A model generated the notes under the pieces. It saw only the letters and a list, made by a program, of their open reading frames with translations, did no database searches and was not told where the DNA came from. This document shows, piece by piece, positions 1 to 13,495 of a stretch of 64,000 bases of DNA. Each line of letters begins with the position of its first letter. Position 1 is the first letter of the stretch. Position numbers and translations under genes: made by a program. Origin of the DNA: Chrysemys picta bellii (lineage: Eukaryota); assembly GCF_011386835.1 (NCBI RefSeq), contig NC_088799.1, positions 22,196,001 to 22,260,000 of the forward strand, read 5' to 3'.

Positions 1-1652
1 AACAAGATGTGCTAACATATTAGCAAATATAGGAGCTCTGACCTAAATCAACACTGAAGGTTTAACTGTCTCTATCAGCATATCCTTCTGAGAGCCAGAC
101 TTATTTCTAGCAGAAAACAAAATGCTAGAGTGCCTTAAGCACAAGTTATTTAACTTTTAAAAAGAATGCCGTCAACTTGATTTTTTTTTTCAATTTGTGT
201 AAAAACAAAAAGTGTTTCCAATAGTTTTTTTTTTTTTAAGGGAAGTATTCATTGTGTCTAAAAACAAACATTCCCCATGGTATTATTTGAAACTTAAACA
301 TTGCAGCACTAAACTTGAAAGTGAAATTGACTATAAACAAAAGTGTAATTGACTTAACTGATTCTCAGTGTTGAAGAGGAGAAAAATATAAAGAGTAAAC
401 GAGGAGTATAGCGTCAAGTAAAATTCATTCACTTTTAATAAATCTAGGGTGTTCTTAGGAACACAGTGAAAGCAATATATTTAACACACTGGGCCAGATC
501 CTCTGATGTGGCGTGGCTGCTTTGCCTTGCAGTGCTCATGAAACTTATTTATTTATTTGTATTACCCAAAGTGCCCAAGAACCCTAGTCATGGACAAGGA
601 CTCCATTCTGCTAGGCTTGTACAAACTCAGAGCAAAAATCAAGCCGAGGAGCTGATGGATCCAACACTGGAAGGAAGACCTCAGTACAAGAGAGATCCTC
701 TGATGGCCGAGAACCCACACAGAAGCTCTTGTGCCACTCCCCATCCCTGCTGCTGGCACAGTTTCTCCATCATGCACTGATCTCCAGCAAAGAGAAGTTA
801 AATTCAAGAACCAATTCAACAGCAAAGCCAGGAACAGAACACAGCTTTTCTCGCTGAAAGTCTTGTGCTCTACCACAGTACTGAAACACAACCGCTGATT
901 TTAAATCGTAGTTCCTGTGTTTCAATTAAAAAGCTCGCCAATTCAGTAACGGTACTGTGCTTTTGCTGCCATCTGTTGTTGAATTTTAGTATTTCTAAAA
1001 GCTCTACACAGTTTGTCATTATACCTTTCTAGATAGAAAACATGCAGTTTGTAATATAATGCACAACTGCCGCAGTGAAATGATATTCATTGAAGGGTTT
1101 AATTTACAGTATTCCTATTAATGTCTTTGTATAACCTGACTGCCTTTCAGACCAGTTCCAATCTAGACATTCCCCTGCACCCCCACTCCTTGTTTGCTCG
1201 TCTATTATTGTAAACTCTTTGGGGGTGGGAACTGTCTCAAATGATGTGTTTGTACAGTACCAAGGGACTGGATCCCTGATCACAATTGTGGCCACTAGGT
1301 GCTACTGGGGTACAAAGTAATAGATGTGCCTTTATTGGCAAAAGGCGGCAAGGACCATTGTCGGTCTTTCTAACCTTCTGTGCTGTGAGAGATTTGCCCT
1401 TTCCAAGAACACTTACGCTCATTTGTCAACTGAGTTTTTTCCAACTTGATGACTTAGAACAATGTGGTTTCAAAATGCAGATAATAAGGCAGATCTCTGG
1501 GTGGGGGGTGGGGTGGGGTGGATTAACTGTTCTAATGCTGGGCTTTGCCCCACTTTTGCTCAGATAATGGTTATCCCTTTGAGTACTAAATTTATCAGCT
1601 GGGGAATTTTAGAAGCAGCATATGCCTTAACCTTATCAACCTTTAATTCAAA

Positions 1653-3080
1653 GATTCATGGAGTTTAAGGCCAGAAGAGATAATTAGATCATCTAGCCTG
1701 ACCTGTATATCATAGACCATGAAATTCCATCCAGTTGCCCCTGTATTGTGTTTGAATAAAGTATAACTTGTGCTTGGCTAAAATTTATCTTCCAGAAAGG
1801 CATCTGGTTTTGATTTGAAGACATCAAGAGGATGGATAATCCAGCACCTACTGAGGGAGTTTGTTCCAGTGGTTAATCCCCATTACTGTTAAAAATGTAT
1901 GCCTCTTTTCTAATTTGAATGTGTCTGGCTTCAACATCTAGCCATTGGTTTTTGTTATGCCTTTCTCTGCTAGTGTAAAAAGACCTTTAGTACCATTATC
2001 TCCTCCCTCCCCCCACCCCGCCCCAAAAGATACTTTATACAGTATAGTCAACTAATCTCAGTCTTCTTTTTGATAAATTAACCAAATTGGGATCTTTAAG
2101 TCTCTCATTGTAAGGCATCTTCTCCATTCGCAAATCATTTATGTGGCTCTTTCCTTCACTCTGTCAACATCCTTTTTAAAATGCTGACACCAACACTGGA
2201 CGCAGTAATTCCAGAATCTGTCTCCCCAATGCCATATGCAGAGGTAAAATCATTTTCAGCTGTTTGTCCATTATGACCCCTAAATTCTTTTCGGAGTTAC
2301 TGTTTTCCAGTACACGGTCCTCCATTCTGTAGGTATTCTTTGTTCCTATATATCTAACTTGACTATATTAAAATACATTTTGTTTGACTGGCTTACCAAG
2401 CAATCCAGCTCTCTCTCTATATGACTGCCTGGTCCTCCTCATTATTTATCACTCTGCCAATCTTTGTATCATCTGCAAATTTATCAGCAGTGACTTTATA
2501 TTTATTTCCAGATCACTGATGAAAATATTCGTTAGCGTTAGGTTTAGTACTGATCCCTGTGGAACACCCTCTTTCAATGAAGATTCCCCACCAACAAACT
2601 ACTTTTTGAAATGTGTCAGTTAGCCAGTTCTTAATCCATCTAATGTGTGCTTTATTGATATTGCATAATGTTTTTTTTATTAGCATGGCAGCTGTACTGA
2701 GTCAAATACCTTTCAAAAGTCTACATCTATCACATCTGCAGTTATTTTTATCAACCACATTTGTAATCTCATCAAAGAATAAAAGCTGTATTTTCCATAA
2801 AGCAACATTGACTGGCCTTAATTATATTACTATCCTTTACTTCTTTACTGGTTGAATCCTGTATCAGCTTTTCCATTATTTTGCCTGGGATTCATCTCAG
2901 GTAAACCTGCCTATAGTTACCTGGGTCATCCCATTTGCCCTATTTGAATATTGGCATGACATTAAAACTCTTCCAGTCTTTTGGAAATTCCCTGGTATTC
3001 CAAGATTTATTAAAAATTAACATTAGGGGGCCAGAGATCACCTCAGCCAATTCTTTTAGGATTGTTAGGTGCAAGTTCAT
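1653..3080 (-). mobile_element. Old CR1 LINE, 3' half of ORF2 plus 3' end, degraded
   Basis: Begins with a reverse-complemented CR1 3' end (gattcatggagtttaaggccagaag...agatcatctag) followed by RT-region remnants with many stops. Confidence 0.75.
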
Positions 3081-3443
3081 TTAAGATGGAAGTTTATATA
3101 TAAAATAACATCTGCGTACCACCCTCCCAGCTCCCACCACAACTTCCTAATCAGAACCAAGATACACAGGAAAACTAAAAAGTGTGTAGGAGATGTTTCT
3201 CCTTTTTAAATACAGGGAATTATGTTCACAAATTCCCATGCCTCAAAATGAGAATGAATCCTCTAGCTGGGGCCATTAGGATAGAAGAGCTCTTGTAGGA
3301 TCAAGATCTTGTAGGATTCAGAAAGCGTCAAAAGGAAAATAGGAGAATTGCTTGGACAGAGTGAATGAGAAGGCATTTAAAACAACAGGAAATCACCTTA
3401 GCACCACTTTGTCTCTGTGGGAATGCAGACACACCTTCTCTTA

Positions 3444-3724
3444 GGGCAGGTCTTCACTACGGGGGGGAGGGGGGGGTGTCGATTTAAGATACGCAAATTC
3501 GCGTAGCTGAATTCGACATATCGGAGCCAACTTACCCTGCTGTGAGTACGGCGGCAAAATCGACCTCCGCGGCTCCCCGTCGACGGCGCTTACTCCCACC
3601 TCCGCTGGTGGAGTAAGAGCGTCGATTCGGGGAGCGATTGTCGCGTCCCGATGAGACGCGATAATTCGATCCCCGAGAGATTGATTTCTACCCGCCGATT
3701 CAGGCGGGTAGTGTAGACCTAGCC
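3444..3724. mobile_element. PIF/Harbinger-type MITE
   Basis: Imperfect TIRs gggcaggtcttcactac / gtagtgtagacctagcc, a 3-bp TTA TSD on both sides (3441-3443, 3725-3727) and a CpG-rich interior. Confidence 0.85.
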
Positions 3725-6230
3725 TTAGGTTAAAGCCTGTAATTCCTTTACATTCCTGGTAGAGGTAGTAACCAAGAACTCTACCCAGTAAAAAGTATGA
3801 TACTACAGTTAATGGTTTAAGAGTGCACTTTGAAAAGCATTTAAAAATAGGCTGAAGTTTCCAGGTAGATCTGATTGCCTTCTAGCTTGACTGCTGCTGT
3901 GCCAATGGTCTCTGCATATTTCACTAACTTTAATTTCACTTTGAACTTTTATAACTTATAAAATTCTCAATGGCCTATTATGTGAACACTCTCTTTCAGA
4001 GAGGCAAGGAGCTCTGTCAGTCATTCCACTTGCAATATCCCATGCAAGGGCAGATACCATTGCAATCCCTACATGCAAAGGGCTTAAGACTGTTCCGTCC
4101 ATGCACCCTCAGAGGTGCAAATCATTACAAAGGAGGTGGGGGAAGAAGCTGAGAGAATGTCTCCTAAGCTACAAATACTTCCTTCATCTTTTGAGCTCCC
4201 TCATGGAGGATGGAAGTTTTTGGTAGTTATCTCAATCAGAGGTGTGTACTGGGTAGGTAAAGAATTGTGCAGGTTTTCCCCCCACCCCCAATATTTTCCT
4301 ATCCTACTCTTAAATTAAGGACTGCTGTACTCTGAAAGCACTGAGCCTGATTTATAGACACTGGGGTGTCTGCAGAGGAACAATTCAGATTTAAAGAAAG
4401 CTCGTTTCTATGCCCAAACTTTGCACATACTTTCTGTTCTTCCCAGATGTGTAGTTTCCATAAAGAAGCTGCGATTTGAGAATTATTCACAATTCTTATT
4501 TCACTAAGAATTTCAAATAAGAGGGAGAAGTAGACATATCACTACACACACAACATAGCGTAACTCACAATCACAGGCTCTGATGCATGTCATTCTTTAT
4601 TCCTTATTCCCAGCAGATTTGCTTATATTCTATTTAGTGGGAATGGTCAGTAGAATATCATTTTCCATTTATTTTAATGGCTCTTTTGATGCATTATTAA
4701 TATGCAACATAATGATAAATAATTGCACACTGACATTATACCACATTAGGTTTTCAATGGGTTTTAGGCATAAAGAATGAATTACAGCTACCCAGGGAAA
4801 CCTGTAACAAAATACATTGTTCTACTTTGCTTAATATTGAATTGTTCAGAGAGGGAAACAGGTGTAACATGCTGGTTTGCTCAACTCAGACCCCTTTCAA
4901 AGGCACAACCTGAGCACTTCAAAAACACAAACAATAACAGAAAAGGCACACAGTTCAGGTTAGAGAATAAAGAGCTCACATGGGAGATAACTGTTAAAAC
5001 TAGATTCTATTGACTTTGATATATTAAGAACAGCCGTATTATTCAGGTCCGATTAAAGTGCTACACAGATTTAAAGAAGAGACTGACTGTTAGGTTTAGC
5101 AAGTGATTACACTGAGAGGGGAATTTGCAAAATTGAGACATTGAGCTGGATTCTCCTCCCCTCCTTCCCCCCCCCAAAAAAGCCTCCTGTTAGGATACAT
5201 GGCTGGAAAATAGAGAAAACAAGAAGCTTTTTCAGATGATGGCTTCTCAGATGTGTATATTGTCACGTCTCCTGTGGGCTGTTGCAGCTCAGTTTGCATG
5301 GAGACCTGTTTAGGGTTTTTATTTTTATGCTTGCATACATTGCCCCCAGCAATGGCCATTCAGATCTTATTCATAACACCTAAATAAAATTCTAGAGTAA
5401 TAAAATGTTAACATGGATAAATGCCTTTACTGCCATTATTTGCTCTCACAATGAACATACTTCAGAACGCTAAAACAATATGAGACAAGAAATTTCTTGT
5501 TACATTAGAGCAGCACTGGCCTAGCTATTCATATGAATTCCCTACATTGCACACGTACAACTACAGTCTATTTTTTAACTCAATTTCACAAAGAAAAAGT
5601 AAATTTATCAACTAAAAGTTAGACTGAATGCACATTCATGTTATGACAGTAGCTATCAAAAACAAAAAATTCAGTAATGAAATGCACCTCACTGCACTCC
5701 ACGATGGGAGTTCACCCTTCAACAGCAATACTGTCATTTTCATTATTTTCTGCCACAACCGTAAAATTCTTGGAATATATTTCATAGTGAACTGTAATAT
5801 ATCCACCACACTACTATCATGCATTATTTGTACTACAGTAGTGCCTAGAGGCCCCAGCCAGACTACAGTCCCAGTGATCTAGGTGCTATAGAGATAGAGG
5901 GAGAAAGAGAAGACAGTCCCTGCCCCAAGAGCTTGCAGTCTTAGACCCTAATCCTGCAAACATCTACACATGCATGTAGCTTTACTACCATGACAGACAG
6001 CAATGTGAATACTTACAATCAAAGTTAATCATGCATATAAGTGTTTGTAGGACCATGGCCTTAGCTTAAGACACTGTAGCGAGTGAGTGAAACAGCAGGG
6101 CCACTGTAACATGAGCATGTGCAGAATTTCTAGGCACAGGAAGGTTTTTTTGTTCGTATGCTGCTAACAGACAACTTTCATCATCTGCATTTTTTATTTT
6201 GAAGTTTTGTTTGAGAATTTCAGTCTCTTG

Positions 6231-6625
6231 AAAGATGCCAGATTAACAGCCCAGGCAATTCACTCCTGTATTCATTCTTAGAACAGGTACAGTGTGAGCA
6301 GCAGTGGTGCAAACTTCCCCATATGACTCTGTCAATATGTCTAAATCCTGATGCGGAGGGACCATCTCAAGAGGTAAAAGTCAGTCTCCATATCCATTCA
6401 ATATTTGGTCTGTCTGCTGAGACTGCAAGGAAGACTGCCAGTTGGTGCTAATTGTAAGTAGTAGTTTTTGCCATATGGACAGCTATTCAATAGGAACTAA
6501 CTCATTTGACAAAGGCCATTAAAAAGAAATAAAATCATCTTCTGGTCACTAACAACCTTAGCTGGATTCAAACTGGTAACCTAAAGAGGAAAGACTATGT
6601 ATTCCATGTTGCCAGCCTGGAATAT
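6231..6625 (-). mobile_element. LF-SINE (ancient tetrapod/lobe-finned fish SINE), near full length
   Basis: The minus strand contains recalled LF-SINE blocks in order: ggaatacatagtctttcctc...tagtgacc...gcagtctcagcaga...atggagactga...ggtccctcc...ggggaagtttgcaccactgctgc...ctgtacctgttc...gggctgttaatctggcatctttc. Confidence 0.7.
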
Positions 6626-8039
6626 TTTTTGGTAGTGATTCATAAGTTCTGTAAAAACATTCTGAAACTACAGAGTTTGAGATACATGAATCACAAAAAG
6701 AATGGTGGGAGTCTCATTATATAACTGCTCACCGGAAAATCCTATTTCTCTTTCCAAATCAGTTTTCCATATATGCAAACAATGCACCTTGCACGCAAAT
6801 GTTGATTGAATAAAGGGGGTCGGGGGAGAGAGAATACAAGAGCTGGACACGTGCTATATTCACTATACAGTAAAGGGCTTTTATTATGTTTTTGTTTTCT
6901 ACAGAACATATCCTTTTTCAATACGAAAGCACTCCTACGAAGATTCCTCCACCCCCTATAATAACAACCAATGTGTTTTAAAGTTCTGACCGGTGTATAA
7001 ATATTAACAAAATTCAAAAGCATTTAGTACATCTGGTAATTTCACTTGGTACATCTGTCAAATTCTGCTTGCACACTGTTAATTAGACCTGCTGTATAAT
7101 TAGAAGATAGGGGTTACTGGCTTTGCTTTAAAGGAAAGTAGTTACTAAACAAAGTCAAATTGTTTTTCTTTTCAATTTATTTGAAGTTAAGCTTGATTTT
7201 ATAATTGTAGCCTCTCTCAAATAATGGTTAATTCTCTCCTGCTTTTGTGCATCTTTAAGATTTTGTCTCTAGCCACACCCTGGAAACATGTACTTCTCTA
7301 CACTTAACATGAGAGTCCATTCAGAAACTTCCCAAACGAGGTTAGCTGTTATGGGGAGAACAACTGGTTCACCACTATCTGGGTAAACACACATCTCTGG
7401 ACTATTTTGAAACCTATTGTAGGTTTGTATAATACGACTGTCATTTTGGTATAAACATCAAACAACATGATAGTGAAGTATGAGAACAGATAGAGCCAGA
7501 TCCACAGATATGGTAGATTTCCACACATAGTGCAAGCCAAAGGTGGCTTAAAGCTTATCTTTCCACTCTATGCATCTTTTCAGGGATGATTCCCCTTAAG
7601 TAAGGCAGAACAGACAGATGGCTGCTCTAACTTATGCCAGCTGTAAACAGATCTAGGATGCCAAAACAATGCAGAGGCATATTTGCCTCTCTCTGTCTCT
7701 GCTCTGCCCATGCCCTCCCCCCCGCAGTGTGTGTGTAACTGGGAGAGCATGAAATGAGAGTGGCATATGAGCTCCTATATTGGCTCTGCACTGCTGGGTA
7801 AATACCCTTACATTGCAGATATCCCACCAGGGCCAATTATACCAGCACTGGAGCTAGTTTACACTGGGGCATGGTGAAATCAGCTGCATTTCTCTGGAGA
7901 ATTTGGCCCATGGGATTCTCTCTCTGTTCCCTTTGGATTTAAAATTATTTAAAAAAAAAATACAGGTGCCTTGTGAAGAAAGGCTTTCTTTAAAAGATCC
8001 TTTTATACTTCCAGTTAATATTACTTTTTTTACATTGGT

Positions 8040-8830
8040 GGGTCTTTAGGAGCAGTTTGATGAAGTCTGGGTGCACCCTGGGGTCACAGCAGGCTGTTCC
8101 ACGCACATGGAAGGCTGCATCAAGCCATACATTGGAGAAGACGAAAGGGGCATCATTGGATAATCAAAAAGCGGTCATCTGAGCTCCTCTATCATGGACA
8201 TCCATAGTGAAAACACACTGCCCAGAGCACCTGAAATTTAAAACCCGGGTCTTTCCAACTGTATGGCTCTGTGAAATATCATTGTTTTGGAGGATGAAGT
8301 AAACTCTGTAGCAGCCAGATTCCAGTTCATTAAGGACTCTGTAGATTAGGAACAGGACTTTGAATACTTATGTAAAAGGGGAGCGGGTAGTTTATGGAAC
8401 ATTTGCTATGCATCTGTTGCTTGCATGTCATGTGTCCATATCATCCTTTGTTGCACATGAAGTGCACTGCTGAAAGTTGCACCAGCTTAAGCCTTCTGGT
8501 GGTGGCTGTGTTCAGTTCCAGGTTGAATGAGCTGGGTAAATCTAACCTAGAGGAGATGAAAGCATGTATCACCATGTCTTGATTCTAGCCAGAAAGGAAA
8601 GGGGATACAGTGTCCTGGCTAACAGACGATGGTACCATCATCTTCAGGAGTAGTGACTTCAGCATGATTTTAAGGCTGCACATCAAATTGATGACACCCT
8701 GGACAGCTGTTGAGATTAGCATATTGGCAATTTCCTGAATGTATTTCTCTTTCCTACTATCGCAATGCTCTTTCTTAGACTGACCACCAAATCTGGTCAT
8801 TTTATCCAGGCATTGGACATCTTGATGACA
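8040..8830 (-). mobile_element. Ancient L2 LINE 3' ORF2 remnant
   Basis: Minus-strand translation gives SRLD...TTRRLKLVQ...YGHMT (compare L2 SRLDYCNS...LQLVQNAAAR...EHIT) and ...FIKLLLKTH (compare the L2 C-terminus FKSLLKTH). Confidence 0.6.
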
Positions 8831-9264
8831 GAAAAAGCCCAGTAGTTAAGTTGGCAGAACAAGAATTGATTTTCATCCAAATATGGGTGGTACATGAGTA
8901 TGTGACATTTCATGATCTCTGAATGACCTTATAAAATGTTCAAAGGAGAGAGAATAATGAGCCTTCTGGAACTTTCATGGTTGGGGCACAGATGATGAGG
9001 AGCAAAACACGCATCTTATTAACTTTAGGACAGAGTTTTACAACAGAGAAGACAAGGGAAGCTTCATATTGTTGCTTTCTTTAAATATTAGAAAAATCTG
9101 AAAATATAACAGACGATTTCTTATTTTCTGCTGAAAATGTTCCTAAATGTATGCTTTCTGATTGGAAACAAATACTGTATAAACATATTATACTATATTC
9201 TTAATGGATGTTTTGAATAATTTACTAAGAAAAACCAGAAAACTGAGCTGTTCACAAGTTGTCA

Positions 9265-9442
9265 GGAGGGATAGCTCAGTGGTTTGAGCATTGACCTACT
9301 CAACCCAGGGTTGTGAGTTCAATCCTTGAGGGGGCCATTTAGGGAGGTGGGGCAAAAATCTGTCTGGGGATTGGCCCTGCTTTGAGCAGGGGGTTGGACT
9401 AGATGACCTCCTAAGGTCCCTTCCAACCCTGATATTCTATGA
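9265..9442 (+). mobile_element. Tortoise PolIII SINE (tRNA-derived head, CR1-derived tail)
   Basis: A box TAGCTCAGTGG, B box GAGTTCAATCC. The tail ggttggactagatgacctcc...ccttccaaccctgatattctatga equals the CR1 3' end. Confidence 0.9.
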
Positions 9443-10833
9443 GTTAGTATGGATGTATCATTATTTTACATACTGGAGGGATGTATATGGCCATGAAGAT
9501 TACCTTTATGTGGGAGTAATTTGTAACTAAGCTCTTATGCATCAAATGCATAGTTTAGTTTAAAAAAAGGACTACTAATTTCTGCAACCTTATCTTTTTG
9601 CAAGTCCTGACCAAATTCCCTGGCTTCCTCTATTGGATCATCCCTACTTCAATCCCAGATCTGGAAGCATGCATGTGTTTTCCTTACATTTAACTCTCAC
9701 ATACAAAATACCTTCTATACAACAGTATATCCAAACAGATTAACCAATGCAATATATTTCTTTCACTGTCCAGTTTTCTAATGACATGCACAAACCAAGA
9801 CAAATCAGGTTCTGTTTTTGAGAATGCACATACCTAGATGGATCTATGCTGTAATACTACTACCTCTATTGCCAACTTCTTGCACACCTGAGATAGTGTT
9901 ATTCACATTTAGCTGGGAGGGAATGGGGGGGAGGTCGGGGGAGAAGAGAAGAGGGAAGAGCTGCAACATTCCCATTGTTCAGAGCCATGCTATTAATGGG
10001 GCTAACTGCGACATTTGCTTGTGTTGATGATTTTATTTTGGGTATGTTCAGTAACAGCAGCAGCAACAATAAGAACAACAAAAGGATAGCTCTGCTTTTG
10101 AATTAAAACCAGAATATTGTTTGCCTGCATGACAAGTAACAGGTCATTCTACCTCTATTCTGTTATGTTTTCATAGCTAATCAGCAACTTGATCCTGCAA
10201 GGTGCTGAGTGAACCCAATCCCACTGGAGTCAGGGAGATTTGAAGGTGTTCAGGGATCTTGCAGGAATGAGTTGCAAGTTCTCTTCCCCGTTGTCATATA
10301 GACGAACACTTTATGGTGGAAGAATTCAGCTCTGTGTAAAGCCCTTTGTAACTGTAATATCTCTGTCAGCACAACAGGCAAGAGAGGCATTTGTTATAGA
10401 ATTCTAGAAATTAAAGATGGTAAATTACAGGATAGGTCACCTACTCCATCTCCAGCCAATGTTCTATAACCTCAGTCCCAAGATTGTTCTTTTTTGGAAA
10501 TTATTCACAACAAACTGACATGACAGATACCAAATTTGTGTGGAACCTAGGAAACCATGGATCTAAAATGAGGGCCATTTAAAGGTATTGTTGCCACTAA
10601 AAATCTAGGGAGGTAACCAGAAGAGAAAATGGAGCCTACAAACATCAGGGCCTCCCTCAATATTCTAATGAATTTCTCATAGGACTTCATACTAAAGATA
10701 TAATACACTACCCAAAGCCTCTCATTGGTTTTTACCTCCCCCGTGCCCACATATTCCCCTTTAATTTCACTCTGATGCTATGCCACATGAAATCCATAAA
10801 CATTTGGAATGTTCACTATGCCATTTTACTTAC

Positions 10834-10952
10834 CGAGAAGAAAGGCTTGGCTTGCCACTTTTGCTACAGCTGGTATAAATTCCTGGGCCATCATCAAAGA
10901 AACTTCCAAGTGCCAATTTCTGCCTGATAGACTCTCTCTCATTTTTCTGAGC
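10834..10952 (-). CDS. SCHIP1: SCHIP1 shared internal coding exon, 119 nt, phase 0 to phase 2: [39 protein letters not shown](R)
   Basis: Minus strand reads ...ctacctgcacttttag|GCTCAGAAAAATGAG...CTTTCTTCTCG|gtaagt, with canonical acceptor and donor. The 39 codons plus 2 nt match the conserved SCHIP1 sequence as I recall it. The ORF track misses it because it has no ATG. Confidence 0.95.
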
Positions 10953-11843
10953 CTAAAAGTGCAGGTAGACAACAAAGTATTAACCCATCAGCTATAAGAA
11001 CACATTTCTGTAGTAATCAAGCTGACAGCAGTACAGCATTTACAGTATTGTAACATTAGATAAGCAAAATTAGAAACCCACCACCACATTGAGGACATTT
11101 CAGAAGCTTTGTTTTAAATTAATAATGTCTTTTCAGTTGCCACTAATGTACATACACTATTTATCTCAGCCTTGTTCACCTCAAAATTATCTAACCCACT
11201 CAGCCTCAATGCTTTAAAGAGCAGCTTCTTCATTCTTCCCTTGCATTGACTGTCACTCAAGTACCTAGTCTCCAGTGGAGATGATGATAAATGGAGATGA
11301 AATGGTGGTTCTAGAAAAAAAGGTACGGAAGGAAACCAACCTTTTATGCCTAACAACTCATTGTAAACCTAAAAAACTGCTGTGTTTATACTGTTACTTG
11401 GATTATGGACTCATAACATTTTAAGGAAGATTTTCCAAAACATTAGCAAAATACTTTCATATTGAGCTAACAACATAAAAATATCTGTTCAAAAGGAAGC
11501 TGCAGCTATTATAGAAAAAAACAGAGTGAAATCATTGGCTCATACATAAGAGTATAAACATTTATTAATTTCCTTAAAAATATAAATGATGAAGATAGTT
11601 TCATAAAATGTTTGTTTTCAGATTTATATTTTTAAAATAAATAATAATTATATATATAGTGGTTGTGCCGAAAATATAGGTAGTGTGAAAAGACACCTTT
11701 TTTCTGTCCGAGAGAGCTTACATTCTTATATATGAACGGACACAAAATAATTGCTGAAGCAGAGTAGAACAAACATCTGGAAAGTAACCAGTCTGATCTG
11801 AACTGAATTACCACAATCAAATTTATGTTACTTTTTCTATATA

Positions 11844-12019
11844 CACCTCTATCTCGATATAACACTGTCCTCTGAGCCAAAAAATCTTACTGCATTATAG
11901 GTGAAACCGTGTTATATTGAACTTGCTTTGATCCGCCGGAGTGTGCAGCCCCGCCCCCCACCCCCCGGAGCACTGCTTTACTGTGTTATATCGGGTCGCG
12001 TTATATCGAGGAAGTGGTG
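11844..12019. mobile_element. Tc1/mariner (Tigger/pogo-like) MITE
   Basis: TIRs cacctctatctcgatataac / gttatatcgaggaagtggtg, flanked by TA on both sides (11842-11843, 12020-12021). Confidence 0.8.
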
Positions 12020-12700
12020 TATATTTTCTTATGTGATTGTTTCTTCTCCAAACAATTTATTCAAAATATATTTATAATGGCTATTGCTGAATTACTTTTT
12101 ATGGTTTTCTTTATAATTTTACATTTAAAAAATGTAAGCTACAAAGTGCTTTAAAAATCACCAATCAATGGCTATAGACTTGGTTTTATATTTGGACTGA
12201 ACTGATCAATATGCAGTAAATGAAAACTTTATTTATGTTTAGTATTAATAGAATACTGTACCAGAGGACCATAAATAATTGTGTGTCAACATTGACAGAA
12301 AAAACATGTAGGAAGGCAAAGGACTAATGGAAAGAACATGTTCAGCCTATCAACTGCTCTAAGATAATGTACAGCACATGCTGTAAAATATGTAATAGAC
12401 AAAGCAAAAGTGTACTGTGCAAGTCTGGGTTTACTTCTGATGTCTTCATATAAATGCACTTGAATTGTTTTACTTGTTTAATGTAATTAAAGATAAAATA
12501 CCTTTCTGATTCTACATGGTAATATAAAATTACATGCAATTTTTTTTAAGCACAAAAGAGCCAGATCATAATGATTTAGTTATGACCTCAATCCTGGATA
12601 CCGATTTTACACTATTATATCATCCATTATATGGTCAGATTCTTAGTAGAATTTGGTCTTCATTTGAAACCTGAACTCTCTTCTCGTATCACAATCTGAC

Positions 12701-13495
12701 AAGGATGGCCAACTTTCTACTGTGTGAAAACCGGACAATGAGCGCCCGGAACCTCTCCCGCCTCCTGCTCCGCCTCTTTCCATCAAGTCTCTGCCCCCTG
12801 TTCCTCCCCCGCCACCATCGCTCACTGCTCTCTCCACCTCCCTCGCCCTGCCAGCTGATCAAGACTGTAGGGGTGGGGTGGGTAACTGGGGCAGGATGGG
12901 AGAGGGGGAGCCACACTCCAGAGGGAGGGGAAGCTGCAATCTGGGGTGGGTGTGGGGTGAGTGGGGCAGGGTTGGGAAGGGGGAGTCACGCTCAGGGCAG
13001 GACAGGGGAGCCGCCAGTACCTCTCTCCACTGGAGCCGTTCCTGAGTGCTCCTCAAGTCTCCAGCAGCAGCTGCTGCTCTTCCTACCCACCACCCCTGGT
13101 GGCAGAGGCCAGTTACTGCAAGTAACCAGACAGCGTCAGCAGTGCTAACCAGACTCTGCCAGGTTCCCTTTTTGACTTGACTTTAAGGGTACGTCCACAC
13201 CACCTGCTGGATCGGCGGGTAGCGATCCATCTATCAGGGATCGATTTATCGTGTCTCATCTGAACGCGCTCCCCGTCGACTCCAGAACTCCACCAGGGCG
13301 AGAGGCAGAAGCGGAGTCAATGGGGGAGCTGCGGCCGTCGATCCCGCGCCATGAGGACAGGTGGTAAGTCGATCTAAGATATGTCGACTTCAGCTACGCT
13401 ATTCTCGTAGCTGAAGTTGCGTATCTTAGATCGATTCCCCCCGCCCCCCAGTGTAGACCAGGCCTTAATCGAAAACCCGACACTTGGCAACCTTA
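12701..13495. mobile_element. hAT-like MITE (TAGGGTTGCCA-type ends) interrupted by a Harbinger MITE
   Basis: Ends aaggatggccaac... and ...ttggcaacctta, subterminal aaaaccggaca-like motifs and a GC-rich interior. No TSD recognisable. Confidence 0.6.
13187..13464. mobile_element. Harbinger-type MITE nested in the hAT-like MITE; related to the 3444-3724 element
   Basis: Ends gggtacgtccacac / gtgtagaccaggcc with flanks TAA and TTA. The internal palindromic cagctacg...cgtagctg block is related to the 3444 copy. Confidence 0.8.

Noticed and set aside
4975-4992. TTATCTCCCATGTGAG on minus, resembling the SCHIP1 ...LSPM exon end
   Set aside because: The upstream sequence does not encode LQSGMNLQICFVND...; the next SCHIP1 exon lies outside the window.
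6281-6372. Plus-strand open exon-like segment (EQVQCEQQWCK...)
   Set aside because: It is the antisense of the LF-SINE and opposite to the gene.
9265-9340. tRNA-like sequences here and at about 46805-46879 and 57782-57855
   Set aside because: These are SINE heads fused to CR1 tails, not tRNA genes.
10809-10997. 62-aa plus-strand ORF
   Set aside because: Shadow ORF antisense to the real SCHIP1 exon.
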